This document shows, piece after piece, positions 9,893 through 19,088 of a stretch of 36,724 nt of DNA. The notes under the pieces are model-generated. The model was not told the DNA's origin. It made no database searches and was given only the letters and a program-made list of their open reading frames with translations. How positions within the stretch are numbered: position 1 is the stretch's first letter; every line of letters begins with the position of its first letter. The position numbers were made by a program, and so were the translations under genes. Origin of the DNA: Mahellales bacterium (GTDB taxonomy: Bacteria; Bacillota; Clostridia; DUOD01); the NCBI GenBank assembly GCA_050945235.1, contig JBMNSO010000002.1, forward strand, positions 1-36,724. Direction: 5' to 3'.

Positions 9893-10337
9893 GGATATTG
9901 TGATTTCCGCCATGACATCGGAGGACATAGACCAGGTGCTGGACATTGAGAGGCTGTGCTTCAGCCTGCCATGGTCTGAAGAATCCTTTAGAATGGAAGT
10001 GGAGAAAAATCAATGCGCCAGGTATTTGGTAGCCCGAACCGGTAACCGGGTTATAGGTTATGTGGGTATGTGGGTAATCCTTGATGAGGGGCATATAACC
10101 AACCTTGCCGTTCATCCCGATTATAGGGGAAACAAGGTAGCCCTTAAACTGATGGAGAATCTTATAATCCTTGCAAGGAAAATGAGGATAGAAAAGCTGA
10201 CCCTGGAGGTCAGGAGCACCAATTTTATAGCCCAAAACCTGTATAAAAAGCTGGGGTTTTGTATTGCAGGGGTAAGGAAGGGATATTATGCCGATAACAA
10301 GGAGGATGCCTTAATAATGTGGAAAAAGGGCATATAA
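9882..10337 (+). CDS. rimI: Ribosomal-protein-alanine N-acetyltransferase (GNAT)
   Basis: 151 aa with ITNLAVHPDYRGNKVALKLM and NFIAQNLYKKLGF. Canonical position between tsaB and tsaD. Start is uncertain (TTG 9882, GTG 9900 or ATG 9912, all in frame). Confidence 0.8.
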   Translation: MEYRDIVISAMTSEDIDQVLDIERLCFSLPWSEESFRMEVEKNQCARYLVARTGNRVIGYVGMWVILDEGHITNLAVHPDYRGNKVALKLMENLIILARKMRIEKLTLEVRSTNFIAQNLYKKLGFCIAGVRKGYYADNKEDALIMWKKGI

Positions 10338-10368
10338 ATACATATGTTGAGAGGGGATGAAGGCATAA

Positions 10369-11283
10369 GTGAGAATTAAAGAAAGACTAAATATTAAGGA
10401 CCCCCAGGCCTTAACCGATAAATTAGGGGATTTTATAAAAAATACAATGGAAAGGTATAACCGTGAAGGCTGTATACTGGGAAACAGCGGGGGTATAGAC
10501 TCAGCACTGGTAGCCTTTTTGGCTGTAAGGGCCCTGGGCAAAGACAGGGTCGAGATGCTGTTCCTACCGGAGCGGGACAGCAGCGGCAAGAGCTATCATG
10601 ATGCCCTTGAAGTATCTGATGCCCTTGGCGTACCCATGAAGGAGATAAGCATAACACCGTTGCTTAAAAAGATTGGTGTATACAGGCTGGAACCTTCACC
10701 ATTATTTATACCCAGAAGCATACAGGAAAGGTATGTAGCCAATAAGCATAAAAAATATGACGATGAAAAAGGTACCACCTTTATAAAGACGCTGAAAGGC
10801 GGTGTGGGCAATCCCCAACTGCAAAGGGATATTGCGTATTACCGTATCAAACACCGCTTGAGGATGGCTATCCTTTATTATTATGGTGAAATGAAAAACT
10901 ATATGGTACTGGGCACAAGCAACAGGAGCGAAAAAATGACCGGACTTTTTGTTAAATATGGCGATGGTGCCTCAGACCTTGATCCAATAGCAGGTCTATA
11001 TAAAACTCAGGTGTTTGAGCTGGCTGAATTTCTCAATGTACCCCGATCCATTATAGAAAAGGCACCGACTCCCGATCTGGCTCCGGGATTGACCGATGAA
11101 CAGACCCTGAACTTAAGTTACGACAAACTTGACATTATACTGGCAGGACTGGATATGGGTATGGAAAAAGGGGATATAGCCCGGGAAGCGGGAGTAGAGA
11201 TATCGTCAATCGACTATGTTAAACAACTGACAGATGTGTCATGGCATATGCGAAACCTCCCCCTTGAACCTGACAATATATAA
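10369..11283 (+). CDS. nadE: NH3-dependent NAD+ synthetase-like PP-loop ATP pyrophosphatase
   Basis: 304 aa with PP-loop GNSGGIDSA, GTSNRSE and a C-terminal PTPDLAPGLTDEQTLNLSYDKLD segment typical of NadE. GTG start. Confidence 0.8.
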   Translation: MRIKERLNIKDPQALTDKLGDFIKNTMERYNREGCILGNSGGIDSALVAFLAVRALGKDRVEMLFLPERDSSGKSYHDALEVSDALGVPMKEISITPLLKKIGVYRLEPSPLFIPRSIQERYVANKHKKYDDEKGTTFIKTLKGGVGNPQLQRDIAYYRIKHRLRMAILYYYGEMKNYMVLGTSNRSEKMTGLFVKYGDGASDLDPIAGLYKTQVFELAEFLNVPRSIIEKAPTPDLAPGLTDEQTLNLSYDKLDIILAGLDMGMEKGDIAREAGVEISSIDYVKQLTDVSWHMRNLPLEPDNI

Positions 11284-11313
11284 ACTGCAAATATTATAGC
11301 TAAGGAGTGGGCA

Positions 11314-12324
11314 ATGGACGATATAATCATACTGGCAATAGAAACATCCTGTGACGAGACATCCGCTGCTGTGGTTAAAAACGGCAGGGAGGTGCTGTCC
11401 AATATTATTTCATCTCAGATAAAACTACACAGAGTATATGGGGGCGTGGTACCGGAGATAGCCTCCAGGAAACATATAGAGGTAATACAAAGTATAATAC
11501 AACAGGCCTTGGATGAGGCCAAGGTAGGTTTTGGGCAGCTTGATGCCATAGCCGTTACCTATGGCCCGGGGCTGGTGGGGGCACTGCTGGTGGGGGTATC
11601 GTCGGCAAAGGCCATGGCCTTTGCCCTGGATATCCCTTTAATCGGTGTACACCATATAGAGAGCCACATATGTGCCAATTTTGTGGACCATAGCCAGCTA
11701 GAACCACCCTTTATATGCCTGGTGGCTTCCGGAGGGCACAGCCATCTGGTGGAAGTGCGGGATTATTGTACCTTTAACGTACTGGCCCGGACCCGGGACG
11801 ATGCGGCAGGTGAGGCCTACGACAAGGTGGCCAGGGCCTTAGGCCTGGGTTATCCCGGGGGACCTCTGATAGACCGGGAGGCTTTATCGGGCAATGACCA
11901 TGCCATAGATTTCCCAAGGGTGTACATGGACGATGGATCCTTGGATTTTAGCTTCAGCGGCCTTAAAACCGCGGTACTGAATTACATTAACAGACAGAAA
12001 CAGGCAGGTAATACAATAGTAGTTGAGGACGTAGCCGCCAGCTTCCAAAGGGCGGTGGTGGATGTATTGGTTAATAATACCCTTAGGGGTGCACGGGATA
12101 AAGGCTATGACATCGTTGCCCTGGCTGGGGGTGTGGCCTCCAACAGTCTATTGAGGAAAGAGATTATGAAAAAGGGCAGGGATGCCGGTGTAAAGGTATA
12201 CTACCCCTCCCCTATCCTATGTACCGACAACGCAGCCATGGTGGGATGTGCTGGGTATTACAGGCTGCTGAAGGGATACAGGTCGGATTTGACCCTCAAT
12301 GCCCAAGCGTCCCTGGGTTTATGA
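11314..12324 (+). CDS. tsaD: tRNA N6-adenosine threonylcarbamoyltransferase TsaD (Gcp/Kae1)
   Basis: 336 aa with [30 protein letters not shown] and GGVASN. AAGGAG ribosome-binding site. Confidence 0.95.
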   Translation: MDDIIILAIETSCDETSAAVVKNGREVLSNIISSQIKLHRVYGGVVPEIASRKHIEVIQSIIQQALDEAKVGFGQLDAIAVTYGPGLVGALLVGVSSAKAMAFALDIPLIGVHHIESHICANFVDHSQLEPPFICLVASGGHSHLVEVRDYCTFNVLARTRDDAAGEAYDKVARALGLGYPGGPLIDREALSGNDHAIDFPRVYMDDGSLDFSFSGLKTAVLNYINRQKQAGNTIVVEDVAASFQRAVVDVLVNNTLRGARDKGYDIVALAGGVASNSLLRKEIMKKGRDAGVKVYYPSPILCTDNAAMVGCAGYYRLLKGYRSDLTLNAQASLGL

Positions 12325-12380
12325 CTACTGGCACCCAGGGGCTTGGGATACGATAATATTATTATGTAAACCATAAATCC

Positions 12381-12495
12381 TTGTCCACTTACTCACAATG
12401 TGTTGATATGTATATGTGAATAATGTGGAAAAAAGACCATAGGGTATCAAGGACAAGCTTTTGCCTGTGGATAACATTGTGGATAATGTGGATTA
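12381..12495. promoter_or_regulatory. DnaA-box cluster (non-oriC)
   Basis: Boxes compared with TGTGGATAA / TTATCCACA. Perfect: 12466-12474 and 12478-12486. One mismatch: 12415-12423 (tgtgaataa), 12424-12432 (tgtggaaaa), 12487-12495 (tgtggatta). Two mismatches, opposite orientation: 12381-12389 (ttgtccact). Confidence 0.8.
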
Positions 12496-12584
12496 ATAAT
12501 GAATTTCACTTAATAAAACTTTGATGATCGACAGTATTATGTATATGGTATAAAGATACCGCTCTGGGAGTAAATGGAGGATAC

Positions 12585-13925
12585 ATGAAAATGAAGCAAG
12601 CAACCATGGAAAGACTTTTTACCACTGCATATAAATACAATATCCTGCCCCTAACCTCTCGATGTAATGTAAAGTGTGCCTTTTGCAGCCACCGCCAGAA
12701 TCCTCAAGGGCTGGATGTATATGCTATACCACCTTTGGTAACGGATGAGGTGGAGGATATAATTCAGTTTCTGTCACCGGACAAAAGGATTTTAATAGGG
12801 GAGTCGGCATCTAGGATTATGGAGGGTGAGCCCCTGTTATACGAACATTTTACAGAGGCTTTGGAAATGATAAGGCTGGATTTCCCCCGAAGCGTTATAA
12901 ACATCACTACCAACGGTCTTTTGATGGATGATAAACTGGCGGGGTCGCTGGCAGAATACGGTCCCGTAAACATCACACTATCGGTTAACAGCTGCGACGC
13001 ATTAAACCGTACAAAGCTGGGCTTGGGTCAACAGGAAAAGGTAGACAGGGCGGTGGAACTTCTTAACAGGTATGGCATACCATATACCGGAAGTATTGTG
13101 GCCATGCCCCATATTACAGGGTGGGATGACCTGAAAAATACCGTGGCCTGGTTGGAGGAGCGGTCGGCAGAAATGGTAAGGATATTCATGCCGGGTTTTA
13201 CTAAATATAATAAAGACTTGAGCCTACTACCCCATTTTGGTTATGGACAACTTAAGGACTATGTTCAGGTTATTGCTTTGAAAGCTGCCATCCCGGTGGT
13301 ATTGGAGCCTCCCTCCATAGAGGACCTATCTGCAAGGGTATGTGGCGTTATACGACATTCGCCGGCCTATAGGGCTGGTATAAAAAAGGGAGATGAAATA
13401 GTTAAGGTAAATGGCCAAGGGGTTAAAAGCAGGTGGGATGCCTTCAACAGGTGTTTTGCCGGCAAAAATCCACGGCTTACAATACGCAGAAATAAGGAAG
13501 TATTGTGTTTAAGCATCTTAAAGGATGAAAGGTCCGCTTCCGGTATTGTTTTTGATATGGACATCGATAATAGTATAAAAGACAAAATCACAAGGACCAT
13601 TGTGGATAATCGAGCGGAAAAACCCCTTGTCCTCACATCCCCTTTGGGGCATAAAACCCTGTCGTTGTTGCTTGACGATGATGTATCCAGGTACGATATT
13701 CGTATTGAAATAGTAAATAACGATTTCTTCGGCGGTAATATCGGATGTGCCGGTTTAATGGTGGTGGAGGATATATTGTCTACAATAAAAAGCGTGGAGA
13801 AGCGGTTCATACCCGACTTGATAATTCTCCCTGCCATCGCCTTCGATGATGAGGGCAGGGACATAACGGGCAGGAATATTTTCCAGACGGCAATTACCGA
13901 CAGGATACCGGTGATTTTGATTTAA
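12585..13925 (+). CDS. Radical-SAM protein with an internal PDZ domain (DUF512-type)
   Basis: 446 aa with CNVKCAFC (CxxxCxxC) near the N-terminus and a PDZ-like GIKKGDEIVKVNGQGV. GGAGG ribosome-binding site. ATG 12585 or 12591. Confidence 0.8.
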   Translation: MKMKQATMERLFTTAYKYNILPLTSRCNVKCAFCSHRQNPQGLDVYAIPPLVTDEVEDIIQFLSPDKRILIGESASRIMEGEPLLYEHFTEALEMIRLDFPRSVINITTNGLLMDDKLAGSLAEYGPVNITLSVNSCDALNRTKLGLGQQEKVDRAVELLNRYGIPYTGSIVAMPHITGWDDLKNTVAWLEERSAEMVRIFMPGFTKYNKDLSLLPHFGYGQLKDYVQVIALKAAIPVVLEPPSIEDLSARVCGVIRHSPAYRAGIKKGDEIVKVNGQGVKSRWDAFNRCFAGKNPRLTIRRNKEVLCLSILKDERSASGIVFDMDIDNSIKDKITRTIVDNRAEKPLVLTSPLGHKTLSLLLDDDVSRYDIRIEIVNNDFFGGNIGCAGLMVVEDILSTIKSVEKRFIPDLIILPAIAFDDEGRDITGRNIFQTAITDRIPVILI

Positions 13926-13929
13926 ATAA

Positions 13930-13958
13930 TGGGGTCAGGCTTGAAAAGTTGAAAAGTT
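13930..13958. repeat. Right copy of the 29-nt inverted repeat (partner at 1162-1190)
   Basis: tggggtcaggcttgaaaagttgaaaagtt duplicates the 3' end of the GNAT gene in plus orientation. After a 10-nt insertion, a further gtggga also matches. Confidence 0.9.
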
Positions 13959-14012
13959 TACCGGTAGGTGTGGGAATAATGGCTTTGTTTCGCAGACCGT
14001 ACAAGTAAGGGT

Positions 14013-15179
14013 ATGAATTATATAAATAAAGGATATATTGGGGGTCTATCTATGGGAAGGGATATACAGCTGCTGATTGACGGCGAAAGGGCCTTTGCCA
14101 GGATAATTCAGAGGATACGGGAAGCCAAGCAGTCTATCCACATTAATATGTTTATCTGGAGAGATGACAAGATTGGGAATAAAATTGCCCAAGAAATTGT
14201 GGATGCCGCAGATAGAGGGGTCAAGATATGTATTATTAAGGATAAAATGGGTGAAATATTTGAAAAAGCCGAGGAAAACAAACAGAGTTTTTTTCATAAA
14301 AAATTTAGTCTTGGTTTGTGGTTAATGGCCGTAGCCGTTGATATTATGTACCCGATGGAGGGTAAGGGAAAAAGCCGCAAGCAAAGACCCAATGCTTTGG
14401 TCCACAAATTGGTACATCATCCTAATATACATGTCGAGGACCGGACTATCAGGAGAGACCATTCAAAATATTATATCTTTGATGAGAACATCCTGATAAT
14501 GGGAGGCATGAATATAGAGGATAAGACTGTATATACTGATGCCCTGGGTAGGAAATACAACGATTTTATGGTGGAAATCGCCGACCCAGGTTATGTTATA
14601 AGGCTTGTCCGGCGACTAAGGGGCGATACGGCCTTTGATGGGCAATCCCCTGTAGAGTTTATTTTTAATACAAAAAAAGATAACAAGATGATTTTTGATA
14701 TAAAGCCTAGGATCATCGAAATTTTATCTTCGGCCAGGGAATCAATAGATATTGTTATGGCTTATATAGGGGATAAGGATATAATGGAAAAGATAATTGA
14801 ATGCGCTAACAGGGGCGTTCGTATAAATGTGCTGCTGCCGGTACGGTCCAACATACAACATGACCTTAATATGAAGGTACTAAAAGGTGTTATGGAAAGT
14901 ACGGCTGGAAAAATAAACGTTTATTTAAGTGACAATATGGTGCATGGGAAGTTGATACGGGTTGATAATAGGATAGTAACCCTAGGCTCGACAAATCTTA
15001 ATAAACAGGCCATGAATAAACTGTCGGAGCTCAACGTTGTAATAAGGGACTATGACGAAGATTTCAGCCGGTTTTTAGAAGAAGGTATACAAAGAGGTAT
15101 GGCTGCCGCCAAAAGAATAGATGAAGGATACCATATAACCTTTAACCCATTAAAAGCGGTGCTGGAACAGATGATATAG
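14013..15179 (+). CDS. Phospholipase-D-family protein with two HKD motifs and no N-terminal TM segment
   Basis: HSKYYIFDENILIMGGMNI and HGKLIRVDNRIVTLGSTNLN. ATG 14052 (MGRDIQLL...) with a GGGGG ribosome-binding site is an equally plausible start. Confidence 0.8.
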   Translation: MNYINKGYIGGLSMGRDIQLLIDGERAFARIIQRIREAKQSIHINMFIWRDDKIGNKIAQEIVDAADRGVKICIIKDKMGEIFEKAEENKQSFFHKKFSLGLWLMAVAVDIMYPMEGKGKSRKQRPNALVHKLVHHPNIHVEDRTIRRDHSKYYIFDENILIMGGMNIEDKTVYTDALGRKYNDFMVEIADPGYVIRLVRRLRGDTAFDGQSPVEFIFNTKKDNKMIFDIKPRIIEILSSARESIDIVMAYIGDKDIMEKIIECANRGVRINVLLPVRSNIQHDLNMKVLKGVMESTAGKINVYLSDNMVHGKLIRVDNRIVTLGSTNLNKQAMNKLSELNVVIRDYDEDFSRFLEEGIQRGMAAAKRIDEGYHITFNPLKAVLEQMI

Positions 15180-15323
15180 GTATGGTGCTGAAACGTATGG
15201 TATAGGTATGCAGGCAAGTGGGTGTTTTATTCCTTGATATATTCTGTTGGCATAGCTGTAGCAATGCAAAGGTATATCTTGTAATGTATATAAATAAAGC
15301 CCGGGGGTTTATACCGCGAGCTT

Positions 15324-15352
15324 TAAAAAAGGTGTGCCCCGTGATGGGCACA
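15324..15352 (-). terminator. Intrinsic terminator of tyrS
   Basis: 7-bp GC-rich stem (15333-15339 / 15346-15352) followed on the minus strand by TTTTTT (A-run 15325-15330). Lies 21 nt after the tyrS stop. Confidence 0.6.
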
Positions 15353-15372
15353 TGTTAATAGATTACTGCTCA

Positions 15373-16599
15373 TTAATGGACTTTTACCCTATGATATGTT
15401 TTTTTGCCCCTTCTAATGAGCAGGCTGCCATCTTTTAGTTCTTGTTCATCCACCCTGTGGTCGATGCTATTAATCCTTTGGTCGTTTATATATATTCCGC
15501 CCTGGTTTACCAGCCGGCGGGCTTCGCCTTTGGAGGGCGCCATGGCGGTAAATACCAAAAGATCTATTATATTGGCATTGTCTTTGAACTGGGCCATGGT
15601 TATCTTAGTGGTAGGTACATCCTGGGCGTCCCCGCCGCCGCCAAAGAGCGCATCGGCAGCTCTTTGTGCCTTGTCAGCTTCTTCCTGGCCATGGACTATT
15701 TTGGTTACCTCATAGGCCAGTATTTTTTTGGCCTGGTTTATCTGTTCACCCGGCAGGCCTGCTAAACGGTTGACCTCATCCATGGGCAGGAAGGTCATTA
15801 AGGCCAGGCATTTTCCTACGTCGGCATCGGCTACATTGCGCCAATATTGGTAAAAGTCGTAAGGGCTGGTTTTATTGGGATCCAGCCACAGGGCACCGGC
15901 TTCTGTTTTGCCCATCTTTTTACCTTCGCTGGTGGTAAGCAGGGTGAAGGTCATGCCATAGGCAGAGGCTGATTCCACTCTCCTTATAAGCTCAACACCG
16001 CCTATGATGTTGGACCACTGGTCATCGCCTCCCAATTGCATTTTACAATCGTATTTTCTATAAAGCTCTAAGAAATCGTAGCTTTGCATAAGCATATAAT
16101 TGAATTCCAGAAAAGATAGTCCCTTTTCTAGCCGGGTTTTAAAACATTCGGCTGTCAGCATGCGGTTAACTGAAAAGTGTACGCCTACCTCCCGAAGGAA
16201 ATCAATGTAATTCAACTTAAGCAGCCAGTCAGCGTTATTGATCATAAGGGCCTTACCGTCGGAAAAATCCAGAAATCTGGATAATTGTTTTTTGAAGGCC
16301 TGGGCATTGGCATTTATGGTTTCCTGGGACATCATCTTTCTCATATCGGTCTTGCCGGTGGGGTCGCCTATCATGGTGGTTCCCCCGCCCAATAATGCTA
16401 TGGGCCTATGGCCGGCCCTTTGCATATGGGTCATAACCATGATCTGGACAAAATGGCCCACGTGCAGGCTGTCGGCTGTGGGGTCAAAGCCTATATAAAA
16501 GGTAACCGATTCCTTGTCCAATAGTTCCCTTATCTCTTCTTCATGGGTGGTTTGGGCAATGTATCCCCTTTCCTTCAATGTATCAAAAACATTATTCAT
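15373..16599 (-). CDS. tyrS: Tyrosine--tRNA ligase
   Basis: HVGH (HIGH motif), KMGKT (KMSKS motif) and a C-terminal S4-like domain. GGAGG lies 8 nt before ATG 16599 ([13 protein letters not shown]), so the ORF-track start at 16614 is unlikely. Confidence 0.93.
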   Translation of the reverse strand: MNNVFDTLKERGYIAQTTHEEEIRELLDKESVTFYIGFDPTADSLHVGHFVQIMVMTHMQRAGHRPIALLGGGTTMIGDPTGKTDMRKMMSQETINANAQAFKKQLSRFLDFSDGKALMINNADWLLKLNYIDFLREVGVHFSVNRMLTAECFKTRLEKGLSFLEFNYMLMQSYDFLELYRKYDCKMQLGGDDQWSNIIGGVELIRRVESASAYGMTFTLLTTSEGKKMGKTEAGALWLDPNKTSPYDFYQYWRNVADADVGKCLALMTFLPMDEVNRLAGLPGEQINQAKKILAYEVTKIVHGQEEADKAQRAADALFGGGGDAQDVPTTKITMAQFKDNANIIDLLVFTAMAPSKGEARRLVNQGGIYINDQRINSIDHRVDEQELKDGSLLIRRGKKTYHRVKVH

Positions 16600-16926
16600 T
16601 GGTAACGCCTCCATTGATAATTATGTAAAGGTATATTCATTTTTATTCTTCATATCATTTTACCCTGCCCGGTGGGGTATTTCAAGGATTAATTTTATTT
16701 AACTGGCATTTAGTCACGCTTTCCTTATTTTCCTTTATTTTTCCTTATTTTTCATTTATAATAAGCATAAAGACTTTATCGGTTTTGCAGTAGTTAAAAA
16801 TCCTTCTGGGAGATAGATAACCTGGTTAAATAGAAGAATTCTGTTCTATAGTTAGTATTTTAAGTTATACTGTATAATTTTAGGCAATAAGTACAATGTC
16901 AATTAATAATGATTGGGGGGTTATAG

Positions 16927-17859
16927 GTGTTTTTGGAGGTTAAAGGCCTAAAGAAGTCGTACAAAAAACAAATTGCGGTAGACGGTATTGATTTTTCTTT
17001 GAATGAAGGCGAAATTTTTGGCCTTTTGGGACCCAACGGTGCGGGAAAGTCCACTACCATTTCGATGCTTGCCGGTCTTATAAAGCCCAGCGGCGGGGAT
17101 ATTACGATGGAAGGCAGGAGTATTCTTAAGGTCCCCAATGAAATAAAAAAGATAATGGGCTTGGTGCCCCAGGAGATAGCGTTATATCCTACCTTGTCTG
17201 CCCGGGAGAATCTTAAGTTTTGGGGACGGATGTACGGAATGGATTCTGTAAGGTTGAAGGAGCGGATGGATGATGTATTAAGGATACTGGGGCTAACTGA
17301 AAGAGCCGACCATAGGATAGACACCTACTCAGGGGGTATGAAAAGGAGGATAAATATCGGGGCGGCGCTGCTCCATCAGCCCAAGCTGTTGATAATGGAC
17401 GAGCCTACAGTGGGTATTGATCCCCAGTCCAGGAAACATATACTGGATATGGTATTGGACCTTAACCGGCAGGGTATGACGATATTATACACCAGCCACT
17501 ATATGGAGGAGGTTGAGTATCTATGCCACAGGGTAGCCATAATGGACCGTGGCAGAATCATTGCATCCGGTACCAAGGAGGAGTTAAAGACCATGGTGGG
17601 CGATGCCGACAAAGTGGTGGTGGAGGTTGAAAATTATCAGCAGTATATGGTGGATACTCTCAGGATCCTGGAAGGGGTTCAAACGGTTATGGTTGAAAAA
17701 GAAAATATAATAATACTGGTAAAGGACGGTCGCAAGAGGTTGGCAGATATAGTAAAGGTTTTCAACTACGACGGGTGCAAGGTCAATTCCGTCAGTATAA
17801 GGGAACCGGATTTAGAGGGTGTATTTTTGCATTTAACCGGTAGAGCCCTAAGGGATTAA
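16927..17859 (+). CDS. ABC transporter ATP-binding protein
   Basis: Walker A GPNGAGKST, signature YSGGMKRR, Walker B LLIMDEPT. GTG start after GGGGGG. Confidence 0.92.
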   Translation: MFLEVKGLKKSYKKQIAVDGIDFSLNEGEIFGLLGPNGAGKSTTISMLAGLIKPSGGDITMEGRSILKVPNEIKKIMGLVPQEIALYPTLSARENLKFWGRMYGMDSVRLKERMDDVLRILGLTERADHRIDTYSGGMKRRINIGAALLHQPKLLIMDEPTVGIDPQSRKHILDMVLDLNRQGMTILYTSHYMEEVEYLCHRVAIMDRGRIIASGTKEELKTMVGDADKVVVEVENYQQYMVDTLRILEGVQTVMVEKENIIILVKDGRKRLADIVKVFNYDGCKVNSVSIREPDLEGVFLHLTGRALRD

Positions 17860-17873
17860 GGGAGGCGAACAGG

Positions 17874-19088
17874 ATGAAGGTATTAAATCTGGCATTAAAG
17901 GATTTCAAGGTTACCTTTAAAGACAAGAAAGCCCTCTTAATAATGCTGATAATGCCCATTGTATTAGTCCTTATACTGGGTTTTTCTTTGGAGCCCATGT
18001 TTCGACAAAATCCAAGGATGAGCAAGTTCAATGTTGGCATAGTAAGTTACGACCAGGGTATTTTGGCCCAAAACCTTGTGGATATAATGAAAGATGAAGA
18101 GATCGCAGAACTTATAAATATTTATGATATTAAGGAAGTAGATATCCAGGGACTGATTAAAGATGGCAGTATAACAGCCGCCATCATTATACCACGGGAT
18201 TTCACCGACAAGGCTATAAAGGGTGAGGATGTAAGTATAAGGGTATACGGCCATCCGGGAAGGCAGGTAAGTGCAGGCATAGTAAATGGCATAGTAGAGA
18301 GCTATGCTACCGGGGTTTCTTCGGTGACGGTGACTATTGATAATGTAGTTGAAGCGTTAATGGGTTTTGGGATGGAGCCCGACGCCTTTCGGTCCAAGAC
18401 AGAGCGCATGCAAGAGCAGCTGGTAGCTGCCATTGAGCAGGCCGGTCAGGTATTTAACGAGTCCACACAGCAGCAGCCAAGATGGATTACAGGCTTTGAA
18501 TACTATTCTGTAGGTATGGTGGTCATGTTTATACTCTTTGGTGCAATGTTCAGTGTGTTTTCCATAATAGAAGAGCGTCAGGACAGGACCTTGGACCGGT
18601 TATTTTCAACGGGCATGGGAAGTCTGGCCTTTACAGCCGGTAAATTCATCGGGAGCTACATAACTTGCTTGGCCCAAGCTGCAATCTTAATAGTTTTTAC
18701 CAATCAGGTTTATAAGGTGAGTTGGGGTCCGTCTCCTTGGGCGGTTATACTTACTACCCTGGTAGTATGTTTTGCGGCCAGCGGTTTTGCTATATTTATA
18801 GCCTCGGTAGCCCGAACAAAAAAATCGGCGGATGCCCTGCAGATGCTGAGTATCCAAGGTATGAGCGTACTAGGCGGTAGTATGCTGCCACTGTATGCCA
18901 TGCCCGATACATTAAGGTCTATCAGCAGGTTTACTATCAACAACTGGGGTATACGTAGTTATTTATCCCTAATAACCGGTAATACCCTAAGGGATGTTTC
19001 ATTACATATGACTATACTTCTTGCCATCGGTGGGGTGTTCCTTGTACTGGGCAGTTGGGGAATTAGCGTGGGGAGTGATAGAAGATGA
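17874..19088 (+). CDS. ABC-2 type permease
   Basis: 404 aa with an N-terminal TM, a large extracytoplasmic loop and a C-terminal cluster of 5 TMs. Translationally coupled to the next gene (ATGA overlap). Confidence 0.8.
   Translation: MKVLNLALKDFKVTFKDKKALLIMLIMPIVLVLILGFSLEPMFRQNPRMSKFNVGIVSYDQGILAQNLVDIMKDEEIAELINIYDIKEVDIQGLIKDGSITAAIIIPRDFTDKAIKGEDVSIRVYGHPGRQVSAGIVNGIVESYATGVSSVTVTIDNVVEALMGFGMEPDAFRSKTERMQEQLVAAIEQAGQVFNESTQQQPRWITGFEYYSVGMVVMFILFGAMFSVFSIIEERQDRTLDRLFSTGMGSLAFTAGKFIGSYITCLAQAAILIVFTNQVYKVSWGPSPWAVILTTLVVCFAASGFAIFIASVARTKKSADALQMLSIQGMSVLGGSMLPLYAMPDTLRSISRFTINNWGIRSYLSLITGNTLRDVSLHMTILLAIGGVFLVLGSWGISVGSDRR

Noticed and set aside
12302-12347. Imperfect GC-rich hairpin spanning the tsaD stop, considered as a terminator.
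   Set aside because: The left arm lies inside the tsaD coding sequence, the stem has a bulge, and no U-tract follows. This is too weak to call.
12381-12495. Possibility that the DnaA-box cluster is the replication origin.
   Set aside because: There is no dnaA, dnaN or rpmH nearby and no obvious AT-rich 13-mer/27-mer unwinding element next to the boxes. The position after tsaD matches a known satellite DnaA-box cluster instead.
16704-16719. TGGCAT resembling a sigma-54 -24 element.
   Set aside because: The position where the -12 GC should fall (GG-N10-GC) reads CG within cacgc. There is no TTGC, no nearby enhancer-like palindrome, and no suitably oriented gene.
16615-16900. Expected T-box riboswitch upstream of tyrS; a UAC triplet is present.
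   Set aside because: I could not find the conserved T-box 14-mer, stem-I motifs or a terminator/antiterminator, so no T-box feature is called. A covariance-model scan is needed to be sure.
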